Shown: in pieces, positions 26,583-35,207 of the stretch
Numbering within the stretch: position 1 is the first letter of the stretch
Layout of the letters: the number at the start of each line of letters is the position of its first letter
Assembly: GCA_046759765.1 (NCBI GenBank)
Contig: JBHICV010000004.1
Coordinates: forward strand, 1-41,995
Reading direction: 5' to 3'
Origin: Acidimicrobiia bacterium
Lineage (GTDB): Bacteria > Actinomycetota > Acidimicrobiia > Spongiisociales > CAZKJJ01
Length of the DNA stretch: 41,995 nt
The notes under the pieces: generated by a model
The model's database searches: none
The model's input: only the letters and a program-made list of their open reading frames with translations
What the model was told of the DNA's origin: nothing
Position numbers and translations under genes: made by a program

Positions 26583-27886
26583 GGGAAGGCCTGGGGCGTG
26601 ATCGGGCGATCCTGCGCCTCGCCGTACCGGCCCTAGCCACATTGGCAGTGGATCCGCTCGTCTCTTTGATCGATACCGCGTTCGTCGGCAGGCTCGGGAC
26701 TGAGGAGCTGGCTGCACTGGCGATTGCCGTCGCGATCTTTGGCGTAGCTTTCTTCCTGTTCAATTTCCTGGCCTACGGGACCACACCCTTAGTCGCTCAG
26801 GCGACCGGAGCAGGCGACAGGCGTCGAGCTTCCGAAGTCGTGATCCAGGCGCTCGGAGTCGCGGGTCTTCTGGGAATAGCGCTCTTCGTCGCTGTTCAGG
26901 TCGCGGCCGCTCCTCTCGTGCGGGTCATGGGAGCGGGGGAGGTGACGGATCCTGCCCTGGCATATCTTCGCCTTCGAGCGTTCGCCCTGCCTGCCGTGCT
27001 CCTCATCACAGCCGCCCATGGTGCTTTTCGCGGCTATCAGGACACGACCACCCCACTCCGAGTGACACTCGGACTCAACGTCCTGAATCTCGTGCTGGAC
27101 CCACTGCTCATCTTTGTCCTCGGGTGGGGACTGGAGGGCGCGGCCGCGGCCACTGTGATTGCACAGTGGGTAGGTGCCCTCTGGTTCCTGGATCTCATCT
27201 TGCGGAGGCGCAGGGAAGAACTGCACATATCGATCAGATGGCCTGACCTTGGGTCGCTTCCTCGATTCCTGCGGGCCGGGGGACAGCTCATCGTGCGGAC
27301 TGCCGCCCTTCTCGGCGTATACACCCTCGCAACCGCCGTGGCGGCCAGAGTGGGAACGGTCGAGCTGGCCGCCCACCAGATCGCGAGCCAGCTGTGGCTG
27401 TTTCTCGCGCTGTCGGTGGATGCCCTTGCCATCTCCGCTCAGGCTCTCGTGGGTGCTGCAGTCGGCGGAGCCGATACGCGTGAGGTTCGGCTGGTCGCAA
27501 GAAGACTCACCCAGCTGGGGCTGATCGCCGGTCTCGTCCTGGGCGGTGCCGTTTGGCTCGGCCGCGTTCCTGTGGCCGGCTGGTTTACCACTGCACCCGC
27601 CACCGCCGAAGTCGCAGCCGTGCTGTTGGGGTTCGTGGCCATTCTCCAGCCGATCTCCGGCCTCGTCTTCGTCTGGGACGGAGTGTTCATCGGGGCTGGA
27701 AGGTTCCGGTTCCTCGCCGTAACCACCGTGGCGGCCTCCGTGCTGTCAGCCGGTTTGCTGCTGCTCGTCCCTGTTGTCGGATGGGGTGTCGAGGGGGTGT
27801 GGCTCGCTATTGCCGGGATGATGATCGCCCGCCTCGTACTTGTCGGGGCCCGCTACCGTCCTCTGGTCAGGACGCCGCCGGCGTGA
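26579..27886 (+). CDS. MATE family efflux transporter (DinF-like)
   Basis: LAVPALATLAVDPLVSLIDTAFVGRLG, FRGYQDTTTPL, NLVLDPLLIF, LAAHQI, DALAI. ATGA overlap with the nth stop. Confidence 0.92.
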   Translation: MREGLGRDRAILRLAVPALATLAVDPLVSLIDTAFVGRLGTEELAALAIAVAIFGVAFFLFNFLAYGTTPLVAQATGAGDRRRASEVVIQALGVAGLLGIALFVAVQVAAAPLVRVMGAGEVTDPALAYLRLRAFALPAVLLITAAHGAFRGYQDTTTPLRVTLGLNVLNLVLDPLLIFVLGWGLEGAAAATVIAQWVGALWFLDLILRRRREELHISIRWPDLGSLPRFLRAGGQLIVRTAALLGVYTLATAVAARVGTVELAAHQIASQLWLFLALSVDALAISAQALVGAAVGGADTREVRLVARRLTQLGLIAGLVLGGAVWLGRVPVAGWFTTAPATAEVAAVLLGFVAILQPISGLVFVWDGVFIGAGRFRFLAVTTVAASVLSAGLLLLVPVVGWGVEGVWLAIAGMMIARLVLVGARYRPLVRTPPA

Positions 27887-29084
27887 CATCGATGCGGCTC
27901 CCCTTGGTTTCGGGAAGCAGGATCACCGACAGCGCGGCGACGAGCATTCCGACCCCCAGCAAAGTCACCGTGGCACCTAGGCCGAACTGGTCGATGGTCA
28001 ACGGTCCTAGGGCCAGACCCGTTGCTGCTCCCGCCACCGCCAGGTTGTTGAGCCAAACCCCGGCATTGGATCGCACGTCCGTCGGAAACAGCTCGGTGCG
28101 CTGTGCCCCCAGGGGCGCGGCGGCCGAGAAGGTGCCATACGCACCGACCGCGGCGGTGAGAATCAACAACACCGGATGCGTGAGGTGGTAGATACCGAGA
28201 CCGCCGATCAGCGCCAGCGTCAATGCGAATGAAGCAGCCGGCCGGCGCCCCCACGCATCGGCGAGCCTTCCACCCACCAGGAAGCCGATCCCACCCATCG
28301 TTCCACCGATCAGCAGGATCGCGGCGGCCAGGCCGGCACTGAATCCCAGGTCAGAGATGAGCCTTTCCGTGGCGAAGGCCGCCACGACGGCGGTGAAGGC
28401 AGCCGCGAGGAAGAGAATTGCTCCCAGCAGCCAGAACATCAGGTATCTCATGGCCGTGAAGATCGAGACTCCGGTGGTAGGCCTACGAAAGACCGGGCTC
28501 TCGTTGATTCTCGGGGCGAGAAACGGAACGATGATTATCCCGAGCGCGCCCAGTGCGAACAGTGCTCGCCAGGTTTCGGGACCAAGATCGGAAACAGGAA
28601 GTGACAGCAAAGCAAGTCCTGCCCCGAAGCTGCCGCCTGCCGCGAAGAGGCTGATGCCGTATGCCCGGTTGGCGGGGTCGAGACCCTCCGCCAGGAGAAC
28701 GGTCGCCAGCACGGCCGCCGCGGTAGCGCCCATCCGGGCAGCCGCCTGAAAGATGGAGAACTGAAGGGGGTTTTGGGCCAGGGCAGTTGCTCCCGTGGCC
28801 ACAAACAGAACTACGAGCGCGGCCAGAAAGGGGCCTCGTCTTCCGCGACGATCGCCATACGCGGAGAAGGCCAGGGCTCCCAGAGCACCGAGCCGTGCGG
28901 CTCCGAGCACGAACCCCATCTGACCTTCGGTGAGAACATATGTAAGTCGGGAGAAAGGAAGAGTGTTGACGGCGTGCGCGATGGCAAAGCCGATCAGGAT
29001 TCCGGTCATCCACAGCAGGCCCACGAGCCGTAGCTGCTGCCGGGTAAACGGCCGGGCGGGCAGGAGGGGCTGGACGGCGCGCAT
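27867..29084 (-). CDS. MFS transporter
   Basis: About 12 TM helices; motif-A-like GDRRGRR and GRLADAWGRR; ELFPTDVRS; LPETKG. Confidence 0.9.
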   Translation of the reverse strand: MRAVQPLLPARPFTRQQLRLVGLLWMTGILIGFAIAHAVNTLPFSRLTYVLTEGQMGFVLGAARLGALGALAFSAYGDRRGRRGPFLAALVVLFVATGATALAQNPLQFSIFQAAARMGATAAAVLATVLLAEGLDPANRAYGISLFAAGGSFGAGLALLSLPVSDLGPETWRALFALGALGIIIVPFLAPRINESPVFRRPTTGVSIFTAMRYLMFWLLGAILFLAAAFTAVVAAFATERLISDLGFSAGLAAAILLIGGTMGGIGFLVGGRLADAWGRRPAASFALTLALIGGLGIYHLTHPVLLILTAAVGAYGTFSAAAPLGAQRTELFPTDVRSNAGVWLNNLAVAGAATGLALGPLTIDQFGLGATVTLLGVGMLVAALSVILLPETKGSRIDVTPAAS

Positions 29085-29206
29085 TCAAGCGACGATGTCC
29101 CGGTCGCATGAACACCGAGCGCAGATCACCTGGCCGAGGTTACCTGCGCAGGTTGAGCGACCTGCTTCCCTAGGGAACACATGACGCCCATAGTTCCGTT
29201 GTCCTC

Positions 29207-29959
29207 ATGGTGGAAGTCGGCCTCCTGACCGCCTTTGTGTTCGGGGCGATCTCTTTCGTTTCACCCTGCGTGCTCCCGCTGTTGCCGGGGTACCTGAGCC
29301 TGATGTCCGGATACTCGGTGGCCGAGCTCGAAGAGGGCCAGCAGCCGTCGGCGCACATGCTGAAGGTAACGGCGCTGTTCGTGGCCGGTTTCACCATCGT
29401 TTTCGTGGCGCTGGGCGCGGTCGCCACGACAGTGGGCGACTTTCTGGTCCACAACCAGCGGGCCAGTCAGCGTGTAGCAGGCTGGTTGGTCGTTGTGTTC
29501 GGGCTCGTACTCGTCCTCTACGCCACGGGGGCAATCAAGGGGCTCAACCGTCTGCTCCGGGATCGCCAATGGGACGTTCGACCGTCACGCTTTGGTGTTT
29601 GGGCGGCACCCGTGATGGGGCTGGCTTTCGGATTTGCCTGGACCCCGTGCATCGGCCTCGTGCTGGGGCCGATCCTGACCTTGGCCGCCACTGAGGACAC
29701 CGTCCTGCGGGGAATGGTGCTTCTGCTCGCATACTCACTCGGCCTCGGCGTACCGTTCATTCTGGCGGGACTCGGAACCTCGAAAGCCTTCGACGCGATG
29801 AAGTTCCTGCGGGGGCACCTCCGCACGATCGAGATCGCGTCGGGGGCGCTGCTGATGGGGTTCGGATTCCTCATGATCACGGACCAGCTGTTCTATATCT
29901 CCTCTTGGCTACAGGGTGTTCTCAACGGGACCTTCCTGGAGCGGTTGGCGAACATCTGA
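29207..29959 (+). CDS. ccdA: Cytochrome c biogenesis protein CcdA
   Basis: SFVSPCVLPLLPGYL, FGFAWTPCIG, YSLGLGVPF; two redox Pro-Cys motifs. Confidence 0.93.
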   Translation: MVEVGLLTAFVFGAISFVSPCVLPLLPGYLSLMSGYSVAELEEGQQPSAHMLKVTALFVAGFTIVFVALGAVATTVGDFLVHNQRASQRVAGWLVVVFGLVLVLYATGAIKGLNRLLRDRQWDVRPSRFGVWAAPVMGLAFGFAWTPCIGLVLGPILTLAATEDTVLRGMVLLLAYSLGLGVPFILAGLGTSKAFDAMKFLRGHLRTIEIASGALLMGFGFLMITDQLFYISSWLQGVLNGTFLERLANI

Positions 29960-29962
29960 GGC

Positions 29963-30922
29963 ATGGCACTGACGGACACCTACGGCGATGTGACCGGCGA
30001 ATACCTGGCTCTTCGCCGTCACGCAGGTTTGGTAACGGGCCAGCACGAGCTGGTATGGGGGTCGGGACCCGACGCGGTGCCGTTCTTGCAAGACATCCTC
30101 TCTCAGGAGGTGGCATCCCTAGACGACGGAGGGGTCGCCCGATCACTGCTCCTGTCGCCCCGCGGCAAGCTGAGAGCTCTGCTCTGGGTGCTGAGGGGCG
30201 CAGGACAGGTTGGGATGTTCTGTGATGTGGGCAGCTCCGATGTGGTCGTCTCGGATCTGGAACGTCTTCGAATCAGAGTCGAGGTGGAGCTTCGCCGAGA
30301 TGAGCGACCGATTACCGAGATATGGGGGCCCGAGGCTCCCCGGGTGCTCGAGCAGGCTGGGCTACCGGTTCCGGCCGGATGGGTCGAGAAAGACGAAGCG
30401 GTGGTTGCCCTTCTTCCGTTGGGACCGCTGCCCCGATACGCGGTGGCGGGAGTCGGCAGCACACGACTGGAGAGCGGAGGCGCCCGCCCAGTAGGCCAAT
30501 TGGCGGTTACCGCCGTTCGGATAGAAGCGGGGGAGCCGGTCATGGGCCGGGATGTGGACGAGCGGACCATTCCCCAGGAGGCCGATTTGGTCGCGGAAGC
30601 GATCTCGCTCGAGAAGGGCTGCTATCTCGGCCATGAGCTCGTAGCCCGGATCGAGTCACGGGGTCACGTCAACCGGCATCTACGTGGGGTGGCGCTCCAT
30701 GAGAACGTGGTTCCGCCGCAAGGCGCCGAGGTGCTCATGGGAGCCGAAACCGTCGGATCCCTCACGTCGGTGGCGGAGTCTCTCACGCTGCGAGCACCTG
30801 TAGGGCTCGCGCTTCTGCACCGCAAGGTGGGCGCCGGCGATGCAGTATCGGTCCGCTGGGAGTCGGGCGAGGCATCAGGCACAGCCCGCGAGCTCCCCCT
30901 CGACGACTTCACACTCTCTTGA
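29963..30922 (+). CDS. ygfZ: YgfZ/GcvT family folate-binding protein
   Basis: GPDAVPFLQDILSQ, LSPRGK, RIEAGEP, KGCYLGHELVARI, C-terminal GcvT barrel. Confidence 0.88.
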   Translation: MALTDTYGDVTGEYLALRRHAGLVTGQHELVWGSGPDAVPFLQDILSQEVASLDDGGVARSLLLSPRGKLRALLWVLRGAGQVGMFCDVGSSDVVVSDLERLRIRVEVELRRDERPITEIWGPEAPRVLEQAGLPVPAGWVEKDEAVVALLPLGPLPRYAVAGVGSTRLESGGARPVGQLAVTAVRIEAGEPVMGRDVDERTIPQEADLVAEAISLEKGCYLGHELVARIESRGHVNRHLRGVALHENVVPPQGAEVLMGAETVGSLTSVAESLTLRAPVGLALLHRKVGAGDAVSVRWESGEASGTARELPLDDFTLS

Positions 30923-30939
30923 TGACCTCTTCATAAACC
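30907..30939 (+). promoter_or_regulatory. Three 11-bp-phased direct repeats; putative OmpR/PhoP-family binding site
   Basis: CTTCACACTCT-CTTGATGACCT-CTTCATAAACC, with units starting at 30907, 30918 and 30929, upstream of the response regulator. Confidence 0.5.
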
Positions 30940-31008
30940 CAGGAACCCGCCGGCCGATCATGGTCAAGTCCACAGCAGGAACGGCCGACCGAAAAGGGGA
31001 GGAGGTGG

Positions 31009-31686
31009 TTGGTGACAAGCCGCGGGACCGTCCTACTCATCGAAGATGAAGAGAGCATCGCGGAGATGCTGCGCGGTTTCTTCGAACGCGAGGGCTACCA
31101 CTTTCTGCATTCGATGTCGGGTGAGGATGGTCTGTCCCGGATCTCAGAGCGGAATCCCAGCGTTGTGCTTCTCGACCTGAATCTTCCCGGGCTGGATGGA
31201 GTCGATGTCTGCCGGGAGATTCGCTCGTCGACAGATGTGCCGGTCATCATGCTCACGGCGCGTGACACCGAGATAGACAAGGTCGTCGGCTTGGAAATGG
31301 GTGCCGACGACTACGTCACCAAGCCGTTCTCGCCGCGAGAGCTCCTGGCTCGGGTCAAGGCCGTTCTCCGACGAGCCGAGGAGCCGAAGGTCCAGCCGGC
31401 CGTGATCGAAGTGGCCTCCTTCGAGATCGACAGCGGGAGGCGTGAGGTGCGCACCGCAGAAGGCGGAGTAGTCCGACCCACGGCGAAGGAGTTCGACCTG
31501 CTCTGGTATCTGGCCCACAACCGAGGCCTGGTTCTCTCCCGAGCACAGATACTCGAGGGCGTCTGGGGGTACGACTACTTCGGGGAGACCAGAACCGTCG
31601 ACGTCCACATCCGACAGCTGCGCCGCAAGATCGAGGGCATTCCCATAGAGACCGTCTGGGGCGTCGGCTACCGGTTGGGAGACTGA
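31009..31686 (+). CDS. OmpR/PhoB family response regulator
   Basis: LIEDE, LLDLNLPGLDG, MLTAR, GADDYVTKPFSPREL, wHTH TRTVDVHIRQLRRK...TVWGVGY. Strong GGAGG SD; start TTG 31009 or GTG 31012. Confidence 0.96.
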   Translation: MVTSRGTVLLIEDEESIAEMLRGFFEREGYHFLHSMSGEDGLSRISERNPSVVLLDLNLPGLDGVDVCREIRSSTDVPVIMLTARDTEIDKVVGLEMGADDYVTKPFSPRELLARVKAVLRRAEEPKVQPAVIEVASFEIDSGRREVRTAEGGVVRPTAKEFDLLWYLAHNRGLVLSRAQILEGVWGYDYFGETRTVDVHIRQLRRKIEGIPIETVWGVGYRLGD

Positions 31687-31688
31687 CG

Positions 31689-33140
31689 GTGCGGCGCCGG
31701 TTCTTCTGGGGGACGACTGCGGTGGCCGGCTTCGTGCTGTTCGTAGTGGGTGCGGGCCTGATTCTCCTGATCGAGACGCTGACGGTGCAGGCGACCCGGG
31801 AGGAGATGGCGCGGCAGGCACAGGTCATCGAGCTGATGGTCAATCAGCAGTTCCAGCTCGCCAGGGCTGAAGGCGTGGCCCTCGACCGGCTCGAAGAGCT
31901 GTTTGCTTCCGGAGGAGCCGACGATCGGTTGGCGGAGACTCGGACTTCGTTCGCGCTGTTCTTGCGCAGCCTGCTCGAGGCCGCTCGGGAGCTGGCGGGC
32001 GGAACCCGGGTCGATCTTGTGTTGCTCCATCCCGACGGGAGACTCACCCCGTTTGCGGACACGCCGCCCGAGCTCGATCTCGACGCCGCCCTACTCCACG
32101 CAGGCAAAGGCCAGTGGGTGAGCCTCGAGAACGGCCAAGCCCTTATACACCCCTTCACGCCTTTCCAAGGGCGAGTGCTCGACTCGACCGTTCTGCTGAT
32201 CCTGGCCCGCGAGACGCCGGTCGTGGACTGGGGCCCAATAGTCAGGCCGTTGCTGCTCACGCTGCTCGCAGCCGTCTTCCTGGCGGCCATGCTTGCCCGG
32301 TTGCTGTCGCGGTGGCTGGTCCGGCGACTCGACCGCGTTTCCGAGGCGGCCGGAAGACTCGCTGAGGGCGAGACCGACGTTCGCGCGCCGGAGGGCGGTA
32401 GCGATGAGGTGTCTGACCTATCGCGAAGCTTCAACGAGATGGCCGACCGAATGGCGGAGAGCCGAGCTCGCGAGCAGGAGTTCCTCATGAGCGTCGGGCA
32501 CGACCTTCGGACCCCGTTGACCACCATCGGTGGATATGCCGAGGTTCTGGAGGATCCTCCTTCCGATGCAGGAGAGCTTCGTCGCATAGGCACCGTGCTT
32601 TCGTCCGAGACCGCCCGCCTCCGGCGTCTGGTGGAGGATCTGATGCTGCTAGCGCGGTTGGAAGCACACGAGTTCACGCTGGAGCTGGAACCGGTTGACG
32701 CAGCCGCGCACCTCGCCGAGGTGACCGACGGGTTCCGCCCCCGGGCGGATACGGCGAGAGTGAGGCTCGATGTGAACATCGAGCCGACCGGCCTCGTGAC
32801 CGTCGACCCGGACCGGCTGGGTCAGATTGCCGGCAATCTGCTCGAGAACGCGCTGCGCTACACGCCGGAAGCCGGATGGGTGCGGCTCGATGCGCGGAGA
32901 TCCAACGGCCGGCTGGAGATGGTGGTTCGAGACTCAGGCCCCGGCATCGATGCCGCTGACCTACCGCACGCGTTCGAGAAGTTCTATGTCGCACGGCGCT
33001 ACCGCCGCATCCGGCCGGAGGGATCCGGCTTGGGCCTTTCGATTGTTCGGCGCTTGGCGGAGGCCATGGGAGGGACGGTGGCGGTGGCGTCCGAACTAGG
33101 TGAGGGAACGGCGGTGAGCGTCAGCCTGCCGGCCGGCTGA
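31689..33140 (+). CDS. HAMP-domain sensor histidine kinase
   Basis: Two TM helices, HAMP, H-box HDLRTPLT, N-box NLLENALRY, DSGPGI, GSGLGL. Confidence 0.95.
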   Translation: MRRRFFWGTTAVAGFVLFVVGAGLILLIETLTVQATREEMARQAQVIELMVNQQFQLARAEGVALDRLEELFASGGADDRLAETRTSFALFLRSLLEAARELAGGTRVDLVLLHPDGRLTPFADTPPELDLDAALLHAGKGQWVSLENGQALIHPFTPFQGRVLDSTVLLILARETPVVDWGPIVRPLLLTLLAAVFLAAMLARLLSRWLVRRLDRVSEAAGRLAEGETDVRAPEGGSDEVSDLSRSFNEMADRMAESRAREQEFLMSVGHDLRTPLTTIGGYAEVLEDPPSDAGELRRIGTVLSSETARLRRLVEDLMLLARLEAHEFTLELEPVDAAAHLAEVTDGFRPRADTARVRLDVNIEPTGLVTVDPDRLGQIAGNLLENALRYTPEAGWVRLDARRSNGRLEMVVRDSGPGIDAADLPHAFEKFYVARRYRRIRPEGSGLGLSIVRRLAEAMGGTVAVASELGEGTAVSVSLPAG

Positions 33141-33200
33141 TCTTTCAAGGCCCTACCTTCCGCCGCCGATGTCGCTCCTTGTGGGAACCTGGCAGAACGG

Positions 33201-34370
33201 ATGACTACTTTGAGACCGAGCGTGGCGGCGAGCATCCTGCTCGCGCTGGCCATTGCTCTCTTTGCGTACTTCGCCCTGAGTGAGGTTCCGCACAGCTTGC
33301 GGGGTCAGCCCGACTTCCCGAACTACTACATCGCCGGTGAGCGGCTGCGCTTCGGCGAGCCGCTATACGACGAGGTCCACTCGGAGGTGATCGAGCGGTT
33401 CGGTACCTCGAGCGCCGCCTATCCGGCCGACCCTCCACCTACCGTCGTGTTGCTCGCCCCTCTGTCGCTGCTCCCTTATGAGGCCGCGTGGCTGACGCTG
33501 GCAGCCATCTCGACCTTGCTCGTTCCCTTGGTCACCTATCGCGTGGCCAGGGAGTCCGGACTGGCGACCCATTGGGCCGTGATTGCGATGTCCCTGGCCC
33601 TCGTCTCCACCAACTTCCGGTTCCTGATCATGAGCGGTCATATGGAGTCCCTCATCCTCCTCGCCGGCTACTTGGGGTGGCGGTCGCTACGCGAAGGATC
33701 AGAGACGAAAGGTGGCATCTGGTGGGGTGCCGCCACCGCGTTGAAGCTGTTCCCCGGGATGTGGCTGGTGGGTCTGGCTGCGGCCCGCCGAAGTCGGGCT
33801 GTAGCCGGCGGCATCGCCGCGGTCGCGTTGATCCTCACTTTGGGGGTGGCGGTCGTCGGCCTTGAGGAGAGCTGGCGATACGTCACAGACGTTGTTCCGC
33901 GGTCTGAGCGCTGGTACGGGGCACTTGGCAACTACTCGGTGCTGTCCTTTGGCACTGCCCTCGTCGGCAACTGGTTCGGATGGATTCTCACGATCGCAGT
34001 CGGGGCCGCGGGTCTCGCCTGGTTTGTGCGTCGTCCCGGGCAGCCAGACCGGATCTGGAGCGCGGGCATCGCCCTGGCTCTACTGCTGTCGCCGCTGGCC
34101 TGGCACAACTACATGGTGCTCACCTTTCCCGCCCTCGTGATTCTCGGCAGCCGGGCGGATCTGAGAAGCTCACGGAACCGGCTCGGCTTTGCCGCGCTGG
34201 TCGGAGCCCTGGCGTTCTGGGGACCGGTTGTGGTTCCCTCCGAGCTTGCAACGGTTCTCCTGTCCTTTGTGCCCACCTATGCTCTGGCGGCACTGTTCGT
34301 GGTGTCAATGAGGCAAGGAGCTACCGAATGGTCGTCGAAGCCGGAGAAGCCCTCCCTCATTTCGAGCTGA
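33201..34370 (+). CDS. GT87 (DUF2029) polyprenol-phosphate-sugar-dependent glycosyltransferase
   Basis: DFPNYY, PPTVVLLAPL, ALKLFP, SPLAWHNY; multi-TM GT-C architecture. Confidence 0.82.
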   Translation: MTTLRPSVAASILLALAIALFAYFALSEVPHSLRGQPDFPNYYIAGERLRFGEPLYDEVHSEVIERFGTSSAAYPADPPPTVVLLAPLSLLPYEAAWLTLAAISTLLVPLVTYRVARESGLATHWAVIAMSLALVSTNFRFLIMSGHMESLILLAGYLGWRSLREGSETKGGIWWGAATALKLFPGMWLVGLAAARRSRAVAGGIAAVALILTLGVAVVGLEESWRYVTDVVPRSERWYGALGNYSVLSFGTALVGNWFGWILTIAVGAAGLAWFVRRPGQPDRIWSAGIALALLLSPLAWHNYMVLTFPALVILGSRADLRSSRNRLGFAALVGALAFWGPVVVPSELATVLLSFVPTYALAALFVVSMRQGATEWSSKPEKPSLISS

Positions 34371-34789
34371 ACAATCACGAGGGCAAACCGGTCTCGTCCG
34401 ACGATCTCAAGGGAACCTCGGCCATCCTGTTCTTCTATCCGCGGGCCATGACTCCGGGCTGCACGACCGAGTCCTGCGACTTCCGAGACAACTACGCCTT
34501 GCTGCAGGAAGCCGGCTACTCGGTGTTCGGGGTGAGCCCCGACCCTCCGGAGCGCAATGCTCGGTTTCGAGACAAGGAACACCTCAACTTCGACCTGCTG
34601 TCCGATGAGGATCACGAACTGGCCGCGGCCCTGGGCGCGTGGGGGGACAAGAAGGGTTACGGGAAGGTGTATAAGGGGTTGATTCGCTCTACGTTCGAAG
34701 TCGGCCCGGACGGCACCGTGGAGCGTGCGTGGCGGAATGTACGAGCCAAGGGCCACGTTGCCCGCGTTATCGACGAGCTGGGCCTGTGA
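34328..34789 (+). CDS. bcp: Peroxiredoxin Bcp/PrxQ
   Basis: FFYPRAMTPGCTTESCDFRD, GVSPD, LLSD, IRSTF. AAGGAG SD before ATG 34328; 43-nt overlap with the GT87 gene. Confidence 0.95.
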   Translation: MVVEAGEALPHFELNNHEGKPVSSDDLKGTSAILFFYPRAMTPGCTTESCDFRDNYALLQEAGYSVFGVSPDPPERNARFRDKEHLNFDLLSDEDHELAAALGAWGDKKGYGKVYKGLIRSTFEVGPDGTVERAWRNVRAKGHVARVIDELGL

Positions 34790-34807
34790 GGCTCCCTTCG
34801 CAGCCTC

Positions 34808-34813
34808 TACGGT
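34808..34813 (+). promoter_or_regulatory. Putative -10 element for tRNA-Leu
   Basis: TACGGT 7 nt upstream of the mature tRNA 5' end. Confidence 0.5.
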
Positions 34814-34820
34814 TTACGTG

Positions 34821-34905
34821 GCCGGAGTGGAGGAACGGAATACTCGATCGGCTCAAAACCGATTGGACCTAGCGGTCCATGTGGGTTCGAATCCCACCTC
34901 CGGCA
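34821..34905 (+). tRNA. tRNA-Leu (anticodon CAA), CCA not encoded
   Basis: Acceptor GCCGGAG/CTCCGGC plus A73, anticodon arm ATCGG-CTCAAAA-CCGAT, long variable arm TGGACC-TAGC-GGTCCA, T arm GTGGG-TTCGAAT-CCCAC. Confidence 0.96.
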
Positions 34906-34907
34906 CG

Positions 34908-35198
34908 ATGAGAGGATCGGCGCGGCTTACGCGCAAGATCTTCGCGATTTCAGATCGGCTGGCGCAGCTGACCGACGAAGAGCGGATAGTCGCCGAGGAG
35001 CTGGCTGTCCATCGACACCTCCACGACGACGCCGCCCGGGACGCGCTGGTGTCCGAAAACGTCGAGGATCGGGCCGAGGCGCGGGACACGGCGGCCCTGG
35101 TAGACCGCTTCGAACGGGAGCTGGAAACGCTGCGCCAACAGCGCCTCTCACTGGAGAAGAAGCGAGCGGATCTGCTCGAGAAGCTGGGACACCTATGA
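34908..35198 (+). CDS. Coiled-coil hypothetical protein (96 aa)
   Basis: MRGSARLTRKIF...DDAARDALVSE...RADLLEKLGHL; heptad-like and charged; fills the tRNA-polA gap. Confidence 0.78.
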   Translation: MRGSARLTRKIFAISDRLAQLTDEERIVAEELAVHRHLHDDAARDALVSENVEDRAEARDTAALVDRFERELETLRQQRLSLEKKRADLLEKLGHL

Positions 35199-35207
35199 TG
35201 CGCGAGG

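Noticed and set aside
34725..34907. ORF-track extension of the hypothetical protein through the tRNA
   Set aside because: Overlaps the bcp 3' end and a well-formed tRNA-Leu; ATG 34908 is preferred.
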